This document shows, one piece after another, positions 55,701 to 63,700 of a stretch of DNA of 64,000 bases. The notes below the pieces were generated by a model that worked only from the letters and a program-made list of their open reading frames with translations, made no database searches and was not told the DNA's origin. The DNA is from Chromatiales bacterium (lineage in GTDB: Bacteria > Pseudomonadota > Gammaproteobacteria > Steroidobacterales > GCA-2729495). The stretch covers positions 11,454 through 75,453 of the forward strand of contig JACKNI010000007.1 in assembly GCA_024234935.1 (NCBI GenBank). The letters are read 5' to 3'. The position numbers and the translations under genes are program-made. Numbering within the stretch: position 1 is the first letter of the stretch; each line of letters starts with the position of its first letter.

Positions 55701-57768
55701 CGTGACGCTGCCGGCGCTACCGCTGGGTCCCAACGGGAAGATCGACCGGGCGGCCTTGCCAGAGCCGCAGTGGGACGCACCCGCTTCCGGGCCGATGCCG
55801 GTGAGCGCCCGAACGCCGGTCGAAGAAGTGGTCTGCGCGCTGTTTGCCGAGGTGCTCGGTCACTGTGCCTTCGGTGTACACGATGATTTTTTCGCCTGTG
55901 GTGGCCACTCGCTGCTGGCTACCAGGCTCGTGGCCCGCATCCGCGATGCGCTGCAGAGGGAACTGCCGCTGCGGGTGATCTTCACGATGCCGACGCCGGC
56001 CGGGATCGCCGCGGCACTCGATGACGCGCGGGGCAGCGGACGCGTGCGTACCCCGGAAATGTCGCGCTATCGCCAGCGTCCCGATTCACGGCAGGCCGAC
56101 AGGCCGGCGCCGCTTTCAGCGATGCAGCAGCGGCTGTGGTTTCTCGACCGTCTGCAGCCGGACAGCCGGGCCTGGCACCTGCCCTGGGCGGTGCGTCTGC
56201 GCGGCCGGCTCGATCGCGATGCGCTGCAAGTTGCCGTCGATGCGCTCGTCGCGAGGCATGCCGTGCTGCGCACCCGCTTCGTCGAAGACGATGGTATAGC
56301 CACGCAGCAGGTGCTGAAGCCCGTGGATATCCCGGCTGGCTGGATCAGTGCGGCGTTCCTTGCGCTGAATGGCCGTGACCCGCAACTGGCTGCCGCAGAC
56401 TATCTGCAGGGACTGCACTTTGATCTGGCTTGCGGTCCGTTGTGGCAGCTCCGCGTGCTGGAAATCGCGCCTGATGATCAGCTGCTGGTGCTGGTCATGC
56501 ACCACATCATCGCCGACGGCTGGTCGCTGTCGGTACTGAACCGCGAGCTTGCGATTGCCTATCAGGCGGCGTTGTCCGGCAGCGCGCCCGACTGGAATCC
56601 CTTGCCGCTGCAGTACGCGGACTATGCGCGCTGGCAGGCTGACTGGCTGGCCAGCGGTGAACTGGCACGACAGCTCGATTTCTGGCGCGAGGCCTTGCAG
56701 GGCGCGCCCGCACTGCTGTCGCTGCCCGCCGACCAGCCGCGCGAATCCGCCGACACGGCAACCGGTGCCTGGCATCATTGTCTGCTGCCGTCGCGCAGTT
56801 GCGCCGGTCTCCACGAACTGGCGCGCGCACAGGGCTGCACGCTGTTCATGGTCCTGCTCGCGGCATTCGATGTGCTGCTCGGCCACCATGCCGGCAGCGA
56901 GGATGTGCTGGTCGGCACGCCGCTGGCTGGCCGACCGCACACCGAGCTCGAGGGACTGATCGGCTTCTTCCTCAACACGCTGGTGCTGCGCACGGATTTG
57001 CGCGGCGATCCGGCTTTCAGCGAGCTGCTGGTGCGCGTCCGGCGCGTCGCGCTCGATGCATACGCACATGCCGATGTGCCCTTTGAAAAGCTGGTCGAGG
57101 TGCTGGCACCGCAGCGCTCGCTGAGCCACAGCCCGATCGTGCAGGTGCTGTTCACCTTGCACAACCAGCCGCGCGTGCCGCTGGTGCTGTCCGGGCTCGA
57201 GAGCGAGCCCGTGCCGATCAGCGTCGAGGCTGCGAAGTTTGATCTCAGCGTCCATGTGGCCGAAGACGCGCGCGGACTCGATATCGCATTTGCCTGGCGG
57301 AGTACGCTTTATTCAAGGAAGCGGATCGAGTCACTCGCTGCAGATTTTCTCGTTCTGCTGGAATCCGTCGCCCGGGCGCCGGAAGCACGGCTCTCCAGCC
57401 TGCGGCCGCAGCTGGGTGTGCCGCTGCGCGCTTCTGAAGTGCCGGAAGCAGCCGTGCCCGCCGCATCTGATAATAGCTTGGTACCGCTTGGCGAACTGGA
57501 AGTGCAGCTGGCCGAAATCTGGCAAAGCCTGCTGCCGGTGGCGTCCATCGCGCCGGATGATGATTTCTTCGCCATCGGCGGCCACTCGCTGCTGGCAACG
57601 CGGATGATCGCGCGGATCGCCGCCCGGCTGGGCGTGGAGCTGCCGCTGATCAGCGTCTTTGAAGCGCCGACCATCCGCGGGCTGGCCATGCGCGTGGCGG
57701 CAGCTGAACAGCGCAAGCCGGTCGCGCCGGATGTGATTCCGCGACTGGAGCGTCGGGCAGAAGCATGA
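49582..57768 (+). CDS. NRPS: docking-C-A-T-C-A-T-C-T (2728 aa)
   Basis: ORF 49477-57768; ATG at 49582 overlaps the upstream stop (ATGA). C motifs HHIIADG (50140-50160), QHIITDA (53284-53304), HHIIADG (56500-56520). A3 motifs at 51517-51558 and 54700-54741. Carrier Ser codons at 52735, 55909 and 57586. Confidence 0.92.
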   Translation: MTIAELLAATRAAGITLRVERGRLLFDAPAGALTPELRQALSERKPELLDYFHNGNPAPLGFAQQSLWFLHELYPQDTGASEQFAIRIDGPLDPTLLARAWHALLARHSILRTTFSEKDGQVWQVPAAPQLNGPPLLQVNVGTVQSGLLEIAATALREPFDLRRGPLLKPQLCRMADEQHVLLVTAHHIIADGLSVPVIRAELVALYQALLAGKPSPLPPLQLEYADVARAQLQTDAQHETGVLQRWQEILASPPPAALHALVRPRRGTKISRRSAFSLEASLADRLRRLARDSGTTPYVVLLAAFRVLLVRLTGQHDLVIGTPMTLRDTPEQREMIGCLVNPVALRTPVELQDSFRSHLLRERAMVLEAMQYRNVPFSRVVAAVSPERKLDEHPLFQILFSWETGIQPEPVVIAPADAAPEVRFCLLSLPAERASYFDLECLLRDAGEGQPMDGYFAWSTAVLEDLVGAQLAQIYAVLLAAIIDRPDAPMAGLSLLSEVARRKILHDWNDTAAPYPERTSLHDAFLEQARRVPEAPALHTTTGLWSYARLEERSAELAADLTACGLQPGMPVGLCMPRSAEAVVALLGILRAGGVIVPLDPAWPLARLQFVAADAGVQIVLRDLHPFRPDAPLKPAVPAPADAAVILYTSGSTGMPKGALTTHASAVNRCHWMWQGYGFGAEDVFALRTSFGFIDSLWEIFGALGHGIPLVIVPDDIAGDALRLPDFLRAHAVTHLVLVPSLLRALLDAMPAGGLPALSSCISSGEPLDPALARRFRSAFPGARLLNTYGTSEIWDATCHEVTGLSAATERVPIGRPVANASVHVLDANAELLPPGIPGELYVGGIGVGPGYWQRPELTAEKFITLRLATDGEPLRLYRSGDRARWLADGQIECLGRLDAQFKLRGLRIEPGEIESALTAHPAVAGAIVTICGEGEAARLVAGVVRAAQADTGSDAELWSGLRTHLRRLLPAHMLPAGWQCLDQLPLTPSGKLDRRAFAALYGNGSRVEVPAAGAGPRTDTERELAAMWSEVFGGRHIGVDENFFDAGGHSLLATRIVSRIRTRHAQDFTLREMFAAPTIAALAAALDSRRQSQAAAGLVAAAHDDVVPLSFAQERLWFLDQLDPGSPAYNIAWTVCLSGALDRGALRAALDFLIARHEALRSRFPAVAGRPQLCIDEPGSLGLVELDIAGETELQAALLRHARAPFVLATGPLLRAVLVHRSADEHLLMLAMQHIITDATSNHVLFEELVTSYAAFAAGREPALPPPAIRYADYALWQRRRPPDAGLAADLAWWRAQLAGMPAALELPTDYPRPAEQQFRGAWVRRTLPSGLVRALRALAREQQGTLYMVLLAAFDVLLSRYSGSEDIVVGTPVEGRTERSLEQLVGLFINTLVMRTDLSGDPTFTELLQRVRTVTLEAQAHQDLPFEKLVEALRPARSLSRAPLFQVMFNLIRMPEEQQQVAGLTFRLDRLVDQGVSSFDLTLTASEQGEQVGLIFEYATDLFAVRTVEQLADSCLCLLQGIVECPAQAISRLPLLDEAGRQHLLDDFNPPVLAAGFVPVHQTVAGNALRWPDAPAVSLGGISLRYGELEARANRLAHFLLARGLPAGARIGICLSREPSLLVAVLAVLKAGAAYVPLDPAYPPARLAAMADDADLALLLVDMKTRACFAVDDARLLQPDALQAETDRCAASPPVLRVSADDLAYLLYTSGSTGRPKAVMVTHGNLASALSAWLELYTLQPGESHLQMASVAFDVFSGDWVRALGSGGRLVLCPRETLLEPSALLAVLTHEKIAVAEFVPAVIRLLLAHADAQDLQLPPLRLLIVGSDLWFAAEAAALRARCTSGTRVFNSYGVAEATIDSACLEVGEDMPAAGAVPVGRPLANARLYVVDARGDIVPAGVPGELCIGGAGVAQGYFGQPELSAEKFIADPFAGVPGARLYRSGDRARWRHDGNLELLGRADFQFKLRGFRIEPAEVEARLTEHPAIRHAVVGRRETAAGDACLVAWIVPGDAAVPVPDLRLALQSSLPEHLIPNIFVTLPALPLGPNGKIDRAALPEPQWDAPASGPMPVSARTPVEEVVCALFAEVLGHCAFGVHDDFFACGGHSLLATRLVARIRDALQRELPLRVIFTMPTPAGIAAALDDARGSGRVRTPEMSRYRQRPDSRQADRPAPLSAMQQRLWFLDRLQPDSRAWHLPWAVRLRGRLDRDALQVAVDALVARHAVLRTRFVEDDGIATQQVLKPVDIPAGWISAAFLALNGRDPQLAAADYLQGLHFDLACGPLWQLRVLEIAPDDQLLVLVMHHIIADGWSLSVLNRELAIAYQAALSGSAPDWNPLPLQYADYARWQADWLASGELARQLDFWREALQGAPALLSLPADQPRESADTATGAWHHCLLPSRSCAGLHELARAQGCTLFMVLLAAFDVLLGHHAGSEDVLVGTPLAGRPHTELEGLIGFFLNTLVLRTDLRGDPAFSELLVRVRRVALDAYAHADVPFEKLVEVLAPQRSLSHSPIVQVLFTLHNQPRVPLVLSGLESEPVPISVEAAKFDLSVHVAEDARGLDIAFAWRSTLYSRKRIESLAADFLVLLESVARAPEARLSSLRPQLGVPLRASEVPEAAVPAASDNSLVPLGELEVQLAEIWQSLLPVASIAPDDDFFAIGGHSLLATRMIARIAARLGVELPLISVFEAPTIRGLAMRVAAAEQRKPVAPDVIPRLERRAEA

Positions 57769-60700
57769 GTACCGCGCACTACGTCTTTCCGGCTTCGTTC
57801 GCCCAGCAGCGGCTGTGGTTTCTGGACCAGCTCGAAGGTGCGAGCGCGGTCTACAACCTGAAGATGGCACTGCGACTCTCCGGTCGGCTGGATCACGACA
57901 GCCTGCAGCGCGCCGTCGATGCGGTCGTGGCGAGACATGAATCCTTGCGCACCAGCTTTGCAACGCGCGGCGTCGATGCCGTGCAGCGGGTCGCGAGCCA
58001 GCTTGAAGTACTGGTGCAGACGGCTGAACTGCATGGTGCCAGCGATACCGTGCTGGCGGCAAAGCTGAATGAGCTGGGATCAACGAGTTTTGATCTGCAG
58101 CGCGGGCCCTTGCTGCGTGTACACCTGCTGCGTCTCGATGCAGAGGCCACTGAACATGTGTTGCTGCTGGTGATGCACCATATCGTATCGGATGCCTGGT
58201 CAGCTGGCGTGCTGTACCGGGATCTTGCCGCGTATTACAGCGCTTTCAGTCGCGGCCTTGTTGCACAGCTGCCGGAACTCCCGGTGCAGTACGCCGACTT
58301 CGCGGTCTGGCAGCGCGACTGGCTTGCCGGTGCCGAACTCGAGCGGCAGATGGCTTTCTGGCGCGAGCATCTCGAGGGCGCGCCGCCGCTGCTCGAGCTG
58401 CCGACTGACCGGCCGCGTCCGGTGCTGCAGACCTACCGCGGCAACCGGTTCAGCCGCGCTGTACCCGCGGCGCTCAGCGCCCGGCTGCAGGCGCTCGCTG
58501 CAGAGGAGGGCGTGACGCTCTACATGTTGCTGTTTGCCGCATTCAACCTGCTGCTTGCGCGCTGGTCGGGTCAGTCGGACCTCGTGATCGGTACGCCGAT
58601 TGCGGGACGACGGCGCAGTGAACTCGAGGCGCTGATCGGCTGCTTTGCCAATACGCTTGCCATCCGCACCCGGCTGGAGGGCGCTGAAAGATTCAGCGAG
58701 CTGCTCGCGCGTGTACGCACTGCCACGCTCGGCGCCTTTTCACACCAGGAGCTGCCATTCGAAAAGCTGGTCGAGGTCCTGAAGCCGCCGCGCAATCTTT
58801 CGCACTCGCCGCTGTTCCAGGTGATGTTCATCCTGCAGAACACGCCCTGGGAAGCCGTGGAGTTCGGCGCGCTGGCAGTAAGGCCCGCGGAGATGGATGC
58901 GGCGGATACCGCAAAGTTTGAGCTCACCGTGTCGGTCTCGGAGTTCGAGTCGCAACTCTGGCTGGCGCTCGAGTACAACAGCGATATCTTCGACCGGGGC
59001 ACCATCGAGGGTCTTGCTGCGGGCTACGAGACGCTGCTGTCTGCGATCGTGGCCGATCCGTCTGCATCCCTGTCTGTGCTGCCGGTGCAGGCCGAAGCGG
59101 ACCGGCGACAGCTGCTCGACACGTGGAATGACTACGCTGCGCCCTATGACAGAAACTGCGGCGTCTGGTCGCTGTTTGCTGCCCGGGCGGCGCGCAGTCC
59201 CGGGTCTGTCGCCGCCGAAGCCGATGGTGTGGCGCTGACTTATGCGCAACTGCTCGACCGTGCGGAACAGCTGGCTGCGGCCCTGTACGCCCGCGGCGTG
59301 CGGCCCGGTCAGGCTGTGGCGATCTGCCTGGAGCGCGGCATCGACATGCTGGCGAGTGTGCTCGCGGTGTTGCGCATCGGCGCCCACTATGTGCCCCTGG
59401 ACACGGCGCATCCGTCCGCGCGGCTGGCGTTCATCCTCGAGGATTCCGGCGCCAGCATGCTGGTTGCCGCGCCTGCCCTGGCCGGGAGACTGGCGGATTT
59501 TCGCGGCACCGTGTTCGATCCCGGTACAGCCAGGTCCGGTTCGGTCAGCAGCATTCCGGCGTTCGCGCCGCTGTCCGGCGATGCCCTCGCTTACCTGATC
59601 TATACCTCCGGCTCGACTGGCCAGCCGAAAGGTGTGGCAGTCCCGCAGCAGGCGGTGCTGAATTTCCTGCACAGCATGGCGCGCACGCCGGGCCTCGCGA
59701 CGGATGACCGGCTGCTGGCAGTGACCACGCTGGCCTTCGATATCGCCGTGCTGGAACTCCTGCTGCCGCTTGCCGTCGGTGCAACGACGGTGATTGCCAT
59801 GCGCGATGAACTGGCCGATCCACAGTTGCTGATCCATCGTCTGGCGGGGTCGCGTATCTCCATGATGCAGGCGACGCCGGCACTGTGGCGCAACCTGGTC
59901 GCTGCCGGCTGGACCGGCCAGCCGGATCTGCGCATGCTCTGCGGCGGTGAGTCGCTGGATGCGGACCTGGCCTCTGCGCTGCTCGCACGCGGCGCTGACC
60001 TCTGGAACATGTATGGGCCAACCGAAACCACGGTCTGGTCCTGCTGCGCGCGGATCACGGCGGTTTCCTCAGCGCCGGTACCGGTGGGCCGGCCGATCGC
60101 CAACACGCGCTGCTATGTGCTGGACGCGCAGCGAGAGCCGGTGCCGCGAGGTGTACGCGGCGAGCTGTGGATCGGTGGCGATGGCGTGGCTTGCGGTTAT
60201 CACGCGCGGCCGGAACTCACGGCCGAGCGCTTCCTTGCCGATCCCTTTGCCGGTGTCCCTGCGCGCATGTACCGGACCGGTGACCGTGCACGCTGGCGCA
60301 GCGATGGCGGTCTGGAAATCCTTGGCCGCAGCGATTTCCAGCTCAAGCTGCGCGGCTTTCGCATCGAGCCGGGTGAAATCGAGGCGGCGCTACTTGCGCA
60401 TCCGGCCGTCAGCGCGGCGGTCGTGGTGCTGCGCGATTTTGCCGGCGATCCGCGGCTGGTTGCTTTCATGGTGCCGGCTGGCGCTGACGTCTCGGCCGGG
60501 TTGCTCGTGCGCCATCTGCGCGGCCGTCTGCCCGAATACATGGTGCCGTCTGAATTCGTCTGGCTGCCCGAACTGCCGCTGAACCCGAACGGCAAACTCG
60601 ACCGGGCTTCCTTGCCGGCCGTGTTGCCAACTGGTACCAGGGCAGACAGTGCTGATGCGCCGCTCTCGCCCCTTGAAGTCATGCTGTGCGAGCTGTTTGC

Positions 60701-63700
60701 CACCGTGCTGGGCCGCGACCGTGTCGGCGCAAACGAGGATTTCTTTGCCCTGGGCGGGCACTCGCTGCTCGCCACACAGCTGATTGCGCGGATCCGCGAT
60801 GCCCTGCAGATCGAGCTGCCGCTGAAGGCCCTGTTCATGACGCCGACCGCATCCGGTATTGCCGCCGGCCTGCCGACAGCGCATATCACATCGCCGCCGG
60901 CGCTGCCTGCACCGTCTGCAGTGCACAGGCTGGCGCCGCTTTCACCGGTACAACAGCGGCTGTGGTTTCTGGACCGGTTGCAGCCAGGCAGCCCGGTCTA
61001 CAACCTCGCGTGGACCTTCCGCCTGCGGGGTGTGCTGGATCCAGAGGCCCTGCAGCTCGCCGTAGACGCGCTCGTCGCACGTCATGCGGTGCTGCGTACC
61101 CGCTTTGTGGAAGCCGATGGCGAGCCGCGGCAGCTCATCGACGAGACGCTCGCCGTGCCGGTGAATGTACTGAGCGCGGACCCACCCGCCAATGTAGGCG
61201 ATACCGGGGAGGCCCGACTGAAGACCTGCTTGCAGCTGGTGCGTTTCGACCTCGCGCATGGTCCTCTGCTGCGGGTGTTCGTGCTGCCGGCAGCGAAGGA
61301 CGACCAGGTGCTGGCGATCGTCGTACACCATATCGTCGCCGATGGCTGGTCGCTGGGAATATTGAGTCGCGAGCTGTCGGCGCTCTACAACGCGGCGCTG
61401 GCCGGCCAGTCACCGCATCTGGCAGCATTGCCGCTGCAGTATGCCGATTATGCGATCCGCCAACGTACAGCGCTCGAAGACGGCGAACTCGCACGCCAGC
61501 TGGACTTCTGGCAGACGCAGCTGAAAGATGCGCCGCCGTATCTCGATCTGCCCACCGACCGGCCGCGTCCGGCGCTGAGTACACATCGCGGTGCGCGCTG
61601 CTTCCGCCTGCTCGAGCCGGGGCTGCAATCGGCGCTCAAGTCGCTGGCGCAGGCTGAAGGCTGCACGCTGTTCATGGTCTTGCTTGCTGCTTTCGATGTG
61701 CTGCTCGCGCGTCATGCCGGCAGCGAAGACGTGGTGGTCGGTACCCCGGTAGCGGGCAGGCCGCGTACCGAACTGGAAGGCCTTGTCGGTTTTTTCGTCA
61801 ACACGCTGGTGCTGCGTACAGAGCTGCGCGGCAATCCACGCTTCCGCGAACTGCTGCAGCGGGTAAAAGACGGCACGCTGGCTGCCTGGGCACATGCGGA
61901 CGTGCCCTTTGAACAACTTGTCGAAGTGCTCAAACCACCGCGCAGTACCGGTCGGTCGCCGGTCTTCCAGGTGCTTTTCAACCTGCACAACGAACCGGCC
62001 GGTCGGCTGGAACTGTCTGGTATTGAGGCGACGCCACTGGCGATCGATCGCGGTACCGCGAAGTTCGAGCTGAGCGTGTCGCTCAGCGAGACCACGGCAG
62101 GACTTGCCGTGAGTTTCGAGTACAGCACCGATCTGTTCAACGCTGCATCGATGCAGCGCATGCTGGATGATTTCGCCGCGCTGCTGGCGGCTGTGGTCTC
62201 CAGACCGGATGCGCCGCTGGCCAGTCTGTGTGTTGCTGCACCGCCTGTCGCACGCAGCCTGCCGGAGATTGCGCTCCTGCGTCAGGCGGGTGAGGGCACG
62301 CTTGCAGCAGCGTTTGCTGCGCAACTGCAACAGCGCGCGGCGGCAACGGCAGTTGCCGCATCGGCTGTTGCCGGCAGCAGCGGTGTGGAGTGGAGCTACG
62401 CCGGACTCGATCAGCGGGCCCGGGCAGTGGCGGCGGCACTCATGCAGCGCGGTGTCACACGCGGTACGCACGTCGGCCTGTGGTTCAACCAGGGAGCGGG
62501 GCAGGTGGCGGCGATGCTCGGCGTGCTGCAGGCCGGGGCTGCCTATGTGCCGCTCGACCCGCTCGCACCGGCGGCACGACTTGATGTCGTCGTTCGCGAT
62601 GCCGGTCTGCGCATCGCAGTCAGCGAACGCGCGGCACTCGACAGTCCGACTGGTGCCTGGCTGAGAGAAAGTGCGCTGCAACTGATCGTGCTCGACGAAT
62701 TGCCGGCTTCGCCGCCCGCGGCGCTCACCCTGCTGCCCGGCAGTCCGGACGATGCGGCCTATCTGCTCTACACTTCGGGCACCACCGGTACACCGAAACG
62801 TGTGGCGCAGACCCAGCGCAACGTCCTGCACTACGTGCGCAGCTGGGCGGAAAACCTCGGCCTGGGTCCGGCCGATCGGCTGAGTCTGGTCTCGACCTAC
62901 GGCTACGATGCAGCCGTGCAGGATATCTTTGGCGCACTGCTGAGCGGTGCAGCTGTATATCCGCTCGACATCCGGCGACTCGATCGCGAGACGCTGCTTG
63001 ACCGCATCGCCGACGCAGGTCTCAGCGTCCTGCACGCCACACCCACCGTGTACCGCTATCTGTTCGGCAGTCACGTCGCGTGCCGCCAGGACCTGTCGCG
63101 CGTGCGGCTCGTTGTACTCGGCGGTGAGACAGCGCGTCGTGCCGACTTCGAGCTGTTCAGGTCGCGCTTTCGCAGGGGTGCGCAGTTCGTCAACGGCTAT
63201 GGCCTGACCGAAGCGACGGCAGTGCTGCAGTGTTTTTCGACGCATGACACCCAGCCTTACGGCAATGTGCTGTCGCTGGGCTGGCCGGTCGGTGACCAGC
63301 GCGTGCTGCTGCTCGACGAGCAGGATCAGCCGGCTGGCATCAGCGGCGAAGTGGTTATCGAGAGCCGCTATGTACCCGCCGGACGTCTGCACACCGGGGA
63401 TCTGGCGCGCTGGCTGCCGGATGGCAGTCTGGCCTGGCTGGGCCGGCGCGACGATCAGCTGAAGCTCGGCGGTATTCGTATCGAGCCCGGGGAAGTTGAG
63501 GCCGCGCTGCGCACGCATCCGGCCCTGGCCGCTGTTGCCGTGGTCCTGCATGCCGAGCCCGCCAGCGAGCCGATGCTGGTTGCGTACTGCAGTCTGCGCA
63601 GGGCGGCGACCCTGCCGACACCAGCCGAACTGCGCGCTCATCTCAAACCGCTCTTGCCGGATCCGCTGCTGCCGGCTCACTATGTTGCCGTCGACAGCCT

